The notes beneath the pieces were generated by a model. The model made no database searches. It saw nothing but the letters and a program-made list of their open reading frames with translations, and was not told the origin of the DNA. Shown in pieces: positions 36,543 through 46,252 of a stretch of 64,000 nucleotides of DNA (positions within the stretch are counted from its first letter, which is position 1; every line of letters begins with the position of its first letter). Origin of the DNA: a virus (lineage: Duplodnaviria; Heunggongvirae; Uroviricota; Caudoviricetes). The stretch is taken from IMG/VR virus record IMGVR_UViG_3300048588_000114, positions 15,309 to 79,308 of that record. The stretch is one strand, 5' to 3'. The position numbers and the translations under genes were made by a program.

Positions 36543-37220
36543 ATGAATCCAATAGATTACATCAGAGTAGACATCGCAGACGGTGTGGGCTCTATCGAAA
36601 AGGCTAGAGAGTTAGCCGCCGCTAATCCGGGGAAACTGGAGCTTGTACCGTTCCCTGACGAAACCCATAATTTCTGCTTATTCTCTAAGCTGAACATTAT
36701 TGAGTTTAATGTTCAATCCAAGGAGTTTAGCCTTCCGCAGGTTAAATGTCCGGTAACAGGCATAGTTGGTGTGTATGATCAAGAACATTATGAGGAAAAC
36801 CAAGCGGCTCCTAATACTATTGGAGATTTAATCAAAAATGTAGAATTATTCCACTATCTCTTCAAGCACCCAATAGGGACTGAACTAAGGCTATTAACAC
36901 CAGAAGAGGTGAATAAGCGCTATAACTACATCCGTGAAGAACTTGACGAATTTCAACAGGCTAAGACTATCGATCAGCAATTTGACGCCATGCTTGATAT
37001 GTTGTACTTTATCTTCGGGAACTTTGTTATTGCCGGATATGACGGAAAGATAGTGGAAGAAGGCTTTTTGGAGGTTCAAGCATCCAATATGACTAAGTTG
37101 GGTGAAGATGGCAAGCCTATCTATAAAGAGGGTGACGGCAAGATTATGAAGGGGCCAAACTACCGGGAACCACAGTTACAAGCTATAATTGACAAATTCA
37201 TAAGTAAAAAACAACTGTAA
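36543..37220 (+). CDS. hypothetical protein, possibly all-alpha NTP pyrophosphohydrolase (MazG/HisE-like)
   Basis: IREELDEFQQA ... DAMLDMLYFIFG resembles the EExxE...D metal-binding helices of MazG-type enzymes; assignment weak. Confidence 0.45.
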   Translation: MNPIDYIRVDIADGVGSIEKARELAAANPGKLELVPFPDETHNFCLFSKLNIIEFNVQSKEFSLPQVKCPVTGIVGVYDQEHYEENQAAPNTIGDLIKNVELFHYLFKHPIGTELRLLTPEEVNKRYNYIREELDEFQQAKTIDQQFDAMLDMLYFIFGNFVIAGYDGKIVEEGFLEVQASNMTKLGEDGKPIYKEGDGKIMKGPNYREPQLQAIIDKFISKKQL

Positions 37221-37221
37221 A

Positions 37222-38016
37222 ATGGCTGAAAACATCGAGAATCCGGGCGAACACACTGATAATACCGCTAAGCCCGAAGTGGTTAAACGTCACCCAGATA
37301 GCGAAATCCTATACGTGGGGTGTAAAGACGCAGTTGCTGTAGATTTAATCAAGGCAGCATTGGGTGAGAAGTTCCGTATCTTTGTAATGAACAAGGATAT
37401 ATTTAACAAAACCAGTGACAATTTTGTCCGTGCCTACTCTAAGCATGCTGAAGATGAGAAGATTCTTGAGTACTGTAAGAAGCCAGAGAATATGCATGAG
37501 GCTCTCAAGACAGCTAAACGTGTTGAAGAAAAGGTAGGAGAAGGAAACTGGTTTACTCTAAAGCAATTCATTGATGAGACATCCTTTACCTATAAACACG
37601 CCCGTTCCACTATGGAGATGCTGTTTGCTTTTGGGTTTGTAGCCCAGAATGTTAGGACAGATCAATATATGGTTGTTGCTGATCCAAGAATTAAACTAAA
37701 GTATGTGGAGGACATCGAAAGAGACCTCATCTCAGACTTAGAGAAATTCAAGGAAATTAAACGCCAAATCAAGGACGGAATAGAGGAGGGGCTAAAAGCA
37801 ATTGAAGAAGTCAAAGAATCTCTTAGGAAATCTAAAGACGAAGGGACAGAAGAACTTTCAAAATCAGCCCCTGCTGATGAAACCACGGAAGAAAGCAAGA
37901 AGATTGCTGAAACAGCAACCGCTCCGGTGGCTGAAAAACCCGTTAAGAAACGTGCGCCACGGAAGAAGAAAGATACCTCTACCGACACCTCAAGCGAGGC
38001 TAAAACAGGCGAATAA
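37222..38016 (+). CDS. hypothetical acidic protein with lysine-rich C-terminal tail
   Basis: 264 aa; C-terminus KKRAPRKKKDTST. Confidence 0.55.
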   Translation: MAENIENPGEHTDNTAKPEVVKRHPDSEILYVGCKDAVAVDLIKAALGEKFRIFVMNKDIFNKTSDNFVRAYSKHAEDEKILEYCKKPENMHEALKTAKRVEEKVGEGNWFTLKQFIDETSFTYKHARSTMEMLFAFGFVAQNVRTDQYMVVADPRIKLKYVEDIERDLISDLEKFKEIKRQIKDGIEEGLKAIEEVKESLRKSKDEGTEELSKSAPADETTEESKKIAETATAPVAEKPVKKRAPRKKKDTSTDTSSEAKTGE

Positions 38017-38057
38017 ACAATAATTCAGCTATAATCCTGATAAGGTTAAGTAATGCT

Positions 38058-38090
38058 AAAAGGGTGGGGCTTAGGCTTCACCCTTTTTGT
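38058..38090 (+). terminator. rho-independent terminator
   Basis: GGGTG-GGGCTTAGGCTT-CACCC followed by TTTTTG. Confidence 0.55.
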
Positions 38091-38118
38091 TCATTGTTAT
38101 TTATCAAAAGTACTAATT

Positions 38119-39855
38119 ATGCTAAAGAGTAGCATTGACCTAAGTGTGCCTAAATTGATCTTACCTAACACAGCAAATGCTTCGTATGGTAGGAACGATG
38201 TGGTAACACTAGACCAAGCACGTGAAGTTTACCGGGTTGTAGATGACCTCATTGATGGACTGGATGATGTGTCCCTTGATTTGCTATTTAGTGCCTCAGA
38301 GCATGATGTAGACAGGGTTTTATCCACTTTCTTTGAAGAATCATATGCTGTAATGTATGGCGGTGAGACACGTATCAAGGAAACATCTGTCAATTATCTG
38401 GAGAGATTATCTGAGAATATAGAAGAAGTATTGAGGGTTGAGAATTTCAACTATTTCCTAACCAATGTTCTCACTAATTTTGATATAAATTGGCACCACT
38501 TAGAGTGGGGGAGTTTAGCTCAGAATAATCGCTTCACTAATTTTATTGCTCCACGTGACCACGGAAAGACCTATTTTTTCTCTAATGCAATGACTTGTTG
38601 GCGTCTTTATCGCTATAAAGACCCGGATAGTGTAGCTAGACATCTAAGAAAAAGAAATGAACTTAATCGAAAAGGCTTCATTATCACTAATGAGATGGAG
38701 TTGGCCGAAGAAATCTTAGAGACTGTAAAGAATACCATAGAGGAACATGATATTTTACATGAAAGGCTCTATCCTAATACAAAAGACAACTGGTCAAAGC
38801 GTAGTATTAAGTGTAAAAACGGAGCAAGAGTAGGTTTAAAATCCTACGGTGGTAGCTTCCGGGGGCGCCACCCCGGTTGGATTACAGTGGATGACTTCTT
38901 AAAAGACAATGTGCTCTATTCTGAGGTTCAAAGAAAGAAAGCAATCGACTACTTTCACTCAGTAATTATGAATGCTATTTCTCCGGGTGGTAGCGTTACT
39001 GTAGTTGGAACACCATTCCATCAAAATGACCTCTACGGAGACCTAAAGACCAAGAAAACTTGGAAATGCTTTGAATATCCTGCTATTACTCCGCATGGAG
39101 ATGTATTATGGAGAACCCGTTATTCCTATAAAGACCTTATTGAGAAGCGTGAGGCGCAAGGAAATATCATTTTCTCTCGTGAAATCTTAGTTGTACCCAT
39201 ATCAAGCAACTCTACTTTATTCCCTTGGAATGTATTGAAGCGTTGTTTCATAGGTATGCAAGACTACACATTAGTGAAAAATAGAGATTCATTCCCTAAG
39301 AAATTCACAAAAGTAGTAACTGCTTGTGATTTCGCAAGAAGCGCCAATGTAGGTGCTGATTATTCAGCATTTACAACTTGGGGGATAGACGAGAATGAGG
39401 ATATGTGGCTATTGCATATCTGGAGGGCTAAAGGTCGGTCATTCCGTGATCAAATCAATGCCGTTAAGTCAATAAACGCTAACTTCAGGCCAGATGTAAT
39501 TGTGATGGAGGTCAACCAATTCCAGCAGATTATGGCTGATATTGCTGAAGAAGAAGGATTAACCAATGTTGTTCCACATACTACTACTGGTAAGAATAAG
39601 CATGACTTTATCATCGGTGTTCCGGGCTTAGCTATCCTATTTGAGAAAGGAAAAATACACATACCACGTGGAGATCAGTACAGCCGGGATGCCTCTGATG
39701 TTCTCATGTCTGAATTAAGTGCGATAGCATGGACAGATGAGGGAATACAGGGTGTTGGAGAGCATGATGATATGGCTATATCTACTTGGTTGGGAACAAT
39801 TGGAGCAAGAAAAATAGGTGTTGGCTTTGGACTTAGCTTCTTAGCGGCAGCATAA
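38119..39855 (+). CDS. terL: terminase large subunit (TerL)
   Basis: ATPase Walker A FIAPRDHGKTYFFS and Walker B ITVDDF. C-terminal RNase-H-like nuclease acidic motifs VVTACDFARS...DYSAFTTWG, DVIVMEVNQFQ and GEHDDMAIS. Confidence 0.85.
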   Translation: MLKSSIDLSVPKLILPNTANASYGRNDVVTLDQAREVYRVVDDLIDGLDDVSLDLLFSASEHDVDRVLSTFFEESYAVMYGGETRIKETSVNYLERLSENIEEVLRVENFNYFLTNVLTNFDINWHHLEWGSLAQNNRFTNFIAPRDHGKTYFFSNAMTCWRLYRYKDPDSVARHLRKRNELNRKGFIITNEMELAEEILETVKNTIEEHDILHERLYPNTKDNWSKRSIKCKNGARVGLKSYGGSFRGRHPGWITVDDFLKDNVLYSEVQRKKAIDYFHSVIMNAISPGGSVTVVGTPFHQNDLYGDLKTKKTWKCFEYPAITPHGDVLWRTRYSYKDLIEKREAQGNIIFSREILVVPISSNSTLFPWNVLKRCFIGMQDYTLVKNRDSFPKKFTKVVTACDFARSANVGADYSAFTTWGIDENEDMWLLHIWRAKGRSFRDQINAVKSINANFRPDVIVMEVNQFQQIMADIAEEEGLTNVVPHTTTGKNKHDFIIGVPGLAILFEKGKIHIPRGDQYSRDASDVLMSELSAIAWTDEGIQGVGEHDDMAISTWLGTIGARKIGVGFGLSFLAAA

Positions 39856-39888
39856 ATCAGTTATAATATAGTTTTAAACATTGAAATA

Positions 39889-40500
39889 ATGGAGAAATCA
39901 GTAAATTCAACGCTTGGTCTTGATGACTTTATAGGTAAAGGTAGGACTTTAAACCTTAGTGGCTTCGGCTCTTTAGAGAAAGCTAAAGAAACAGACATTG
40001 AAAAAGGCGAATTAGGAGCCGCTTTAGGCTATAATTTTACCAATAACAACAAATTCAGCAAAAAAGGCAGCGATATTGCTGAGAAAATTAAGGCTCTTGT
40101 AGCTAAAGTCACTGCTAAGCAAACCCAAGCCCTTTCAGATATGATGAAAATAGTAGAGGACACCGGGGTGTCTCCTACTCAGCCTCTGGACAGATGGGAT
40201 AAAGAAAACCTATCGGATGAGGTGGCATCTACAATGAAAAGCTATTCTTGGGAACAGTGTTGTTTTGATTCTAATAATCAGACTGCTTGCGCTGACGTTT
40301 CTGTAACAACTGAGAAAAAGGCACCAAAAATGGCTGCTTCTCAAGACCACGCCGACAAGCACCGTCTCTACAATAGTATTTTGAATCAATTTTTGGATTG
40401 CTGCCGTGACTTAACGAAAGCCGATGTATTCCTAAGAAACGTAGATGAGAAGAAAACTTACACTTTGTCTCTGGATGAGATGAAGTCTTTAGGCTTCTAA
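39889..40500 (+). CDS. hypothetical protein
   Basis: 203 aa ORF. Confidence 0.55.
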   Translation: MEKSVNSTLGLDDFIGKGRTLNLSGFGSLEKAKETDIEKGELGAALGYNFTNNNKFSKKGSDIAEKIKALVAKVTAKQTQALSDMMKIVEDTGVSPTQPLDRWDKENLSDEVASTMKSYSWEQCCFDSNNQTACADVSVTTEKKAPKMAASQDHADKHRLYNSILNQFLDCCRDLTKADVFLRNVDEKKTYTLSLDEMKSLGF

Positions 40501-40501
40501 G

Positions 40502-40678
40502 ATGGCAAGTATTACTAAAAATGAATCTGAACTTACAAGCTACCGCCAGTTAGTAGCAGCTAACCAATTAGAGGTTAGAATAATCACCGACCCACGCCCG
40601 GTAGATTGGGTATTGACTGGATATGTATGGAATGATGATAAGGTGTGGAAACCTAACGAATTTTGGACTAACATTTAG
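40502..40678 (+). CDS. hypothetical small protein (58 aa)
   Basis: Manually read ORF MASITKNESELTSYRQL...; below the ORF-track cutoff. Confidence 0.3.
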   Translation: MASITKNESELTSYRQLVAANQLEVRIITDPRPVDWVLTGYVWNDDKVWKPNEFWTNI

Positions 40679-40689
40679 ATTTAACAACT

Positions 40690-41334
40690 ATGGCCGGAAG
40701 TTTAGCCGCAATACCACTGCTCAATGATAGCGACAGTGGACTTCACATAAAAAATAATATCATTAATGAGCTTGTGAGACGCATCAATTCAGCTGGATAT
40801 CAGATGACTGGTCTGAAATACACCAGCGGAACAGATTCAATAATTGATGGAGCTCAGCCTGAAACTTCTATGTTCGACATGGGTTCAGGTTCTGGTGATC
40901 TAAATTTATTACCCAATGAACTACAACAATCCACTCAATTGCGCATTAAAATTAGGGGGACATATGATAATGTGTCTGGTTCTTTTGCGGCAGATATAAA
41001 GGTGAAGTTAGGAGCAGATGTGCTCATAACTAAGACTTTAGCAACATTAAAAAATGCTTCAGATCAACATTTTGAAATTGAAGCAATGATAATGTGTAAA
41101 GTCACTGGCGCTTCTGGTGAAGTGTTTATTTCTGGCACTGCGACTTATGGACAAGGGGATGATCAGCCGCCTTATTTAGTAGGCTTAAATGACACTTCAG
41201 CAACAGTTTTAGATACAACCACAGCATTACAATTAGATGTTACACTAACTCCATCAAGTCCTGGTGGAGGTGATAGGTTTGTAATTCTTAGCGCTACTGT
41301 AGAAAAATTGAATTTAGTCATCTCTGAGTCATAA
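40690..41334 (+). CDS. hypothetical beta-rich protein (possible structural protein)
   Basis: 214 aa, Ser/Thr/Gly-rich. Confidence 0.55.
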   Translation: MAGSLAAIPLLNDSDSGLHIKNNIINELVRRINSAGYQMTGLKYTSGTDSIIDGAQPETSMFDMGSGSGDLNLLPNELQQSTQLRIKIRGTYDNVSGSFAADIKVKLGADVLITKTLATLKNASDQHFEIEAMIMCKVTGASGEVFISGTATYGQGDDQPPYLVGLNDTSATVLDTTTALQLDVTLTPSSPGGGDRFVILSATVEKLNLVISES

Positions 41335-41383
41335 TCAATCAGTTATTAATCCATATAAAATCAAACATTTAAAACTTATTCAA

Positions 41384-41977
41384 ATGAAAGCCGAACAAAA
41401 GAGATTAGAATTTAGAAGCAGTGTAGCAGCAGCTAATGAGCTGTTCTTCTCTGTAATGGTTATGGAAACTGGCCCGAATCGCTATTCGGTAGCTAATTTC
41501 TTTCCTGAATCATATTATGCTGTCAATTCATCTGCTAATATCGCAGCGTGGAACAGCTTTTATTCACTCATATCAAATACATTCAAGATAGGCGCTGAGT
41601 ATAAAAAGCAGGAGTTTATCGACTGGGCAGACACTAATGACTACTCTCTCATTGAGACTTCTCAGGAAAATGCTGCCGGACAAGTGTTCACATTAGATAT
41701 TGGCTCAGTTGCTTCTCTATCTGCAGGAACTCCAAACGCTACTGATGCTACCATAACCTGGTCAAACACAGGAGCGACTAAGAACACAAAAATTAATGTG
41801 TATCTATCTGATGATGATGGCGTGACTTACACCTTTGTAAGTTCAGTAGCCGCTAATGCTACTACCAGTGGAGCAATCACTGGCTTGACTACCGCTACAG
41901 CGTACAAAGTAAAGATCACGCCAGCTAATGCCTACGGCGAAGGAACTGGAGTGGAGGTTTCATTTACTACAGCATAA
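41384..41977 (+). CDS. protein with C-terminal fibronectin-III/Ig-like domain (possible virion surface protein)
   Basis: TITWSNTGATKNTKINVYLSDDDGVTYTFVSSV...AYKVKITPANAYGEG resembles an Fn3 domain. Confidence 0.55.
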   Translation: MKAEQKRLEFRSSVAAANELFFSVMVMETGPNRYSVANFFPESYYAVNSSANIAAWNSFYSLISNTFKIGAEYKKQEFIDWADTNDYSLIETSQENAAGQVFTLDIGSVASLSAGTPNATDATITWSNTGATKNTKINVYLSDDDGVTYTFVSSVAANATTSGAITGLTTATAYKVKITPANAYGEGTGVEVSFTTA

Positions 41978-42000
41978 CAAAATAAATTCTTATCTAAAGA

Positions 42001-42031
42001 GGAGGGGAGCCAAGCGGTTCCCCTTTTTTTA
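42001..42031 (+). terminator. rho-independent terminator
   Basis: GGAGGGGAGCCAAGCGGTTCCCC followed by TTTTTTT. Confidence 0.6.
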
Positions 42032-42222
42032 TTGCCGTTTTGGTGGTAAATTCTGCCTAAGGGAAATGTTAGGCAGTTAGCCAATACTTTACTTGCCCCG
42101 GAGGTTAAAACGGCATTAAAAGCAAAATATCAATAGTGATCTAACTTTAGCTATTCAAAGCAAAATTCTCCCATTGACTAACAGCACGTTACGTTCAAAA
42201 TTCAAAGTTTATCCAAAATAAA

Positions 42223-42254
42223 TTTGCTGCTTGTATCAAAAATTATTACCTTAG
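42223..42254 (+). promoter_or_regulatory. Bacteroidetes-type promoter (TTTG, 20 nt spacer, TACCTTAG)
   Basis: AAATAAATTTGCTGCTTGTATCAAAAATTATTACCTTAGTGG upstream of ATG 42304. Confidence 0.5.
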
Positions 42255-42303
42255 TGGCGATAGTCAAAGAAAACACCATTATTAACCAATAAAACCGCAA
42301 TTT

Positions 42304-42714
42304 ATGCTAAATCTCAGACACAAGCAGGAACCTCAGCGCATCTTTAGGCTGCAGGAACTAAATCTCAACAGAAACAAAGTTGACTACTTAGGGAAGCCCT
42401 ATGTATTAATTGAAATACGAAGCCTTCATTGTAAGGGCTTAGGATTCTCTAGATCAACATCATTCAACCTGTCGGAAATAGACATTTCACATCAGGACAA
42501 TCCCGGTACATATCCACTGAAGGCTGTTAACGTCTATCGTTGGCAAATTTCTCATAACCGTGTAATGCTCTATCACTGTCTAGCTATATTCTCGAAGAAT
42601 AAAGAGGGCGAAGGGGTAGGAGATATCATTGGTAAAACTGAAGTGGGAACATTCAATTCTATTGATGTACTAAGGGATTTTGCTAAAAGACACAAATTAC
42701 AACTAATTAACTAA
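42304..42714 (+). CDS. hypothetical protein
   Basis: 136 aa ORF downstream of promoter. Confidence 0.5.
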   Translation: MLNLRHKQEPQRIFRLQELNLNRNKVDYLGKPYVLIEIRSLHCKGLGFSRSTSFNLSEIDISHQDNPGTYPLKAVNVYRWQISHNRVMLYHCLAIFSKNKEGEGVGDIIGKTEVGTFNSIDVLRDFAKRHKLQLIN

Positions 42715-42732
42715 TCATTAAAACCAAATACA

Positions 42733-43305
42733 ATGAGCACAACTAAAGAAGACAAATACTCTAACACAGAAAAGTTAGATATGACGCCAACCTGGGTAGG
42801 CATACTCCCAGTTTATTTAGCCGCCTTTGAGGATGGCAACGCAACAGGACGTGAAGCAGCCAAGAAAGAGCTATATCGAATGGCTCAATTAGCTGATAAA
42901 TACGCTGAAATAGTAAAGCAACAAGAAGCTGAAGGCAGCACTGATCGTATAAAGGTCATTATTCCTAAAAATACTGGAAACAGTCACATGGATGATGATG
43001 CTTTCACTAAGTATATTGAATTTTTAGCTGGCGAAATGCGTAGTTTCCCGGAGAATATTAGACAGATCAAGCGGATTGATGATATTTCAGATATTGAGAG
43101 CCTCTCTCACTATGTTCCGAACCGATATAGCAAAGATTTAACGAATGAGGTAGATGGAATCAATCCAAATGCGGTCAATGATGGTCACCACTTAGTGATA
43201 ATACCAAATAATATCCGTGCAATAGTTGCTAACGGCTCTCCTCTTAGGATATTCATTGACAAAAAGGACATTAAGAAATTTGAAAAACAACTAAAACCAC
43301 TATAA
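42733..43305 (+). CDS. hypothetical protein
   Basis: 190 aa ORF. Confidence 0.55.
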   Translation: MSTTKEDKYSNTEKLDMTPTWVGILPVYLAAFEDGNATGREAAKKELYRMAQLADKYAEIVKQQEAEGSTDRIKVIIPKNTGNSHMDDDAFTKYIEFLAGEMRSFPENIRQIKRIDDISDIESLSHYVPNRYSKDLTNEVDGINPNAVNDGHHLVIIPNNIRAIVANGSPLRIFIDKKDIKKFEKQLKPL

Positions 43306-43310
43306 ACACT

Positions 43311-43673
43311 ATGATCAAAATCACACAAACCGAGGAAATGCTCAAAAGAGTTAGTAAGAACGATGTAATTTGGTTCTTCAAGAGCATAATGATGGATAAA
43401 AACCTAACAACCGGAGCAGCCATCAATCTCTTATCAGCCGGGTACAGTAAGTCAGAAAGACATCGTCATTATGCTCCTGATGGGGAAACTAAGGTGAAAG
43501 CCCTTATTGTTAAGATGAACTTAGCCGGAGCAGGCAAAAGAGAGTATTTTGAGTTCTATCTTGTTAGGGATAGTAAGAAGAATGTAGTGTTTCACCGCTC
43601 AATATCCCGTATCGAAACTATTGAAAATCATACTAAAACTAAGAAAAATGCCAAAGATAGCGTTCCGGCCTAA
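43311..43673 (+). CDS. hypothetical protein
   Basis: 120 aa ORF; 3' end overlaps next gene. Confidence 0.5.
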   Translation: MIKITQTEEMLKRVSKNDVIWFFKSIMMDKNLTTGAAINLLSAGYSKSERHRHYAPDGETKVKALIVKMNLAGAGKREYFEFYLVRDSKKNVVFHRSISRIETIENHTKTKKNAKDSVPA

Positions 43674-44673
43674 ATTAGGTCTAAATAAGAAAAATCTCAA
43701 ACAGCTTGAGTTAGTTAACTCAATCATTGAGGAATACAGGAAAATGGGCTACCGTCTAACCCTCAGGCAATTATACTACCAATTAGTCTCTCGTGATGTG
43801 ATAGCTAATGATGTGAAGGAATATGATAAGCTGAGCAATCTACTTACCAAGGGTCGAATGGGTGGCGTGGTTGATTGGGATGCAATTGAAGATAGGATTC
43901 GTCAGCCAAGATTGCCTTATGCGGTAGAAGGAGTTGATCACGCAATAGATGAAGCCTACAATCATTACCGTATTGATCGTCAGGAAGATCAACCTAACTA
44001 CATTGAATTATGGGTGGAGAAAGATGCCTTGAGTTCTGTTCTATGGCGTAAATCTAAGCATTACCACATAAATTTGATGGTTAACCGGGGCTATTCTTCC
44101 TGCACAGCTATGTATGACGCCTATTGTCGTTTTAAGGCCGCTACAGATCGTGGTCAAGAAATCCATATTCTCTATTGTGGAGACTTTGACCCATCAGGAC
44201 GTGATATGCTCAGGGACATTGATGAGAGACTTACAGAGTTCGGAGCTAAAACAATTATGGTTCACTCCATAGCCCTGACTATGAAGCAAATCAAAGCACA
44301 TAAGCCACCGCCTAATCCGGCTAAGATAACTGACCCAAGGGCTAAGGATTATATCATTCAACATGGTAATAAATCATGGGAAGTGGATGCTTTACGTCCA
44401 GAAACTCTACATGAAATCATTGATACTAATATTGAAAAACTCTTAGATTTAGAGCTATTCAATAAGAGAATGGAGCGTGAGGAAGCAGAAAAGGTCGAAT
44501 TAGCTTTAGTTCCTAAGCAGCGCAGAAATATCAATGAAGTTCAAAAGTATCTCAAAGAGAGAATGGAGCAACTTGATAGGAATATGAAGAGCGAGAAGCA
44601 AGCTAAAGAAGACCTTCGTAGGAATAAAGTGCTTCAAGCTGAATTGAAATCAGTATTTGATTTGATAAAATAG
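43648..44673 (+). CDS. Spo11/topoisomerase-VI-A-like protein (5Y-CAP-like winged helix plus Toprim domain)
   Basis: LTLRQLYYQLVS resembles the Spo11/TopoVIA active-site Tyr motif. IELWVEKDAL gives the Toprim Glu. ILYCGDFDPSGRDML gives Toprim DxDxxG. No TopoVIB-like ATPase partner nearby. Confidence 0.65.
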   Translation: MPKIAFRPKLGLNKKNLKQLELVNSIIEEYRKMGYRLTLRQLYYQLVSRDVIANDVKEYDKLSNLLTKGRMGGVVDWDAIEDRIRQPRLPYAVEGVDHAIDEAYNHYRIDRQEDQPNYIELWVEKDALSSVLWRKSKHYHINLMVNRGYSSCTAMYDAYCRFKAATDRGQEIHILYCGDFDPSGRDMLRDIDERLTEFGAKTIMVHSIALTMKQIKAHKPPPNPAKITDPRAKDYIIQHGNKSWEVDALRPETLHEIIDTNIEKLLDLELFNKRMEREEAEKVELALVPKQRRNINEVQKYLKERMEQLDRNMKSEKQAKEDLRRNKVLQAELKSVFDLIK

Positions 44674-44678
44674 GATAA

Positions 44679-45302
44679 ATGAGCAAACTTTGCATCTGGA
44701 TTATAGGGGGCAGCGGGGTGGGTAAGACCACCTTAGCTGCCTCTATCCATAGTATGATAGCCGAATTGACCAAAGCGGCATTAAAACCACAAATAATTGG
44801 CTGGGGAGACAAAGATAAAGAATTTGTATTTACCCGAATGTCTAAATATTCATCTAATTTAGGGACTTTTGGACAGACTGCCTGTGGAGGAACTGATAGT
44901 CTCTCTACTAAAGATCGCATATCAGGTTCCTATTTGGAAGCCATAAAACATTCCCCGATTGTAGTAATTGAAGGGATTATGGCAACTTCGACTTGGTTTG
45001 ATTGGATCAAAGAACCAGATAGAACTAAATTATTCTTAATTCATCTTGAAATCAGCCCGGAGGAGAACTTTCGCCGTCTAAGAATCCGCAGGGCTGCTCG
45101 CAAAGGTATCAAACCGGAAGATGTAGAATTACAGCCAAAAACGCTTGATAATTTATCATCGAAGCTCAAAAACTTCCGCAATCTCTACAGGAAGATTGCT
45201 CCCAAGTCAGACTACCATCTTCAAATTCACTGCGAAGTCCTAAATCAGGAGCGCACCGCTGATATTGTTCGACAATTTATGATCGACCATATTCTTAGCT
45301 AA
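44679..45302 (+). CDS. P-loop nucleotide/nucleic-acid kinase, paralog 1
   Basis: Walker A IIGGSGVGKTT. Shares with 48590 and 49261 a G(T/L)DS(L/V)S(T/S)K segment, a hhhhE Walker-B-like element and NFRRLRIRR. Confidence 0.7.
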   Translation: MSKLCIWIIGGSGVGKTTLAASIHSMIAELTKAALKPQIIGWGDKDKEFVFTRMSKYSSNLGTFGQTACGGTDSLSTKDRISGSYLEAIKHSPIVVIEGIMATSTWFDWIKEPDRTKLFLIHLEISPEENFRRLRIRRAARKGIKPEDVELQPKTLDNLSSKLKNFRNLYRKIAPKSDYHLQIHCEVLNQERTADIVRQFMIDHILS

Positions 45303-45593
45303 TCCTAAGCAACAACAGTTATACAAAGTTATCGGTTTCTCAAGAGCAAGACATGGTGTACTGAGTTTGTAGTAGGTTCTCCACTTCACCCGCTTGCAAC
45401 ACTATACTGAATCTAAGTTGGCAATTTAATTAGCCGTTTTCAGATAGAGGTCATTAGACTTACACTTTGTAGGTTTTGTCCACCTTTTATCTCCCACTAC
45501 CTGAATAGTACAGAAAGTTGCTGTTCACATGTGAGACGACCAATCAACGTTAATTCCCCTTACAAATTAGTGACTTTTTAGCCCTTATTCCAT

Positions 45594-46115
45594 ATGGAAA
45601 ACACACAAAATGTAGACATTACCACGTTCGTTGGATATGAAGATGTCAAAAATTTAGTTTATAAGCTAATTCAGGCAGAATTGAATAAGCCCTCATTAGA
45701 GCAAGTCATCGGTTATGATCTGGCGAATTGTATTCGTAACATGGACTTCTACCAGTTACAGGACAAACACCGTCAAGGATTTGATGTTTATCTAATAAAA
45801 TTACTAAGCGGCGCAGACCGTCTTTCCCTCATTTACTCAGACATATTAGAGACGGAGGAAGAATTAGCAGTTTTTCGTGCGAAGTATGATGAATTGAAGC
45901 GTCAGTTTGATATTGCCGTTGCCCGCCCGGATTGGAAAGCTGGCGTAACAGAAGTTCAAGTCACGGAGGAAGGCAATCAATACTATGGAAAGCAGTACAT
46001 AGTTAGTAAGTTTTACTACGTCCCTTCAGAGAAGGTCTGGATGGTTGAAGTAAAACACCCAAATAATCCTAACAACAAAAACATTTTTAAACACACACAA
46101 TTAGGTAAAATCTAA
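45594..46115 (+). CDS. hypothetical protein
   Basis: 173 aa ORF after a 290 bp ORF-free gap. Confidence 0.5.
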   Translation: MENTQNVDITTFVGYEDVKNLVYKLIQAELNKPSLEQVIGYDLANCIRNMDFYQLQDKHRQGFDVYLIKLLSGADRLSLIYSDILETEEELAVFRAKYDELKRQFDIAVARPDWKAGVTEVQVTEEGNQYYGKQYIVSKFYYVPSEKVWMVEVKHPNNPNNKNIFKHTQLGKI

Positions 46116-46252
46116 TGGAAAATCAAAGCAAACGCACTCCTTCGAACATTAAGGACATCAAAAAGCGGCTGAAAAATGGAGAGCCGACAACGTTTCATGA
46201 AAGAAACATAGTTAATATCTATGATAAGAAGAAACTAAAGAACAAAAAGTAA
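46115..46252 (+). CDS. hypothetical small basic protein (45 aa)
   Basis: Manually read; start and stop both overlap neighbours (TAATG). Confidence 0.25.
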   Translation: MENQSKRTPSNIKDIKKRLKNGEPTTFHERNIVNIYDKKKLKNKK

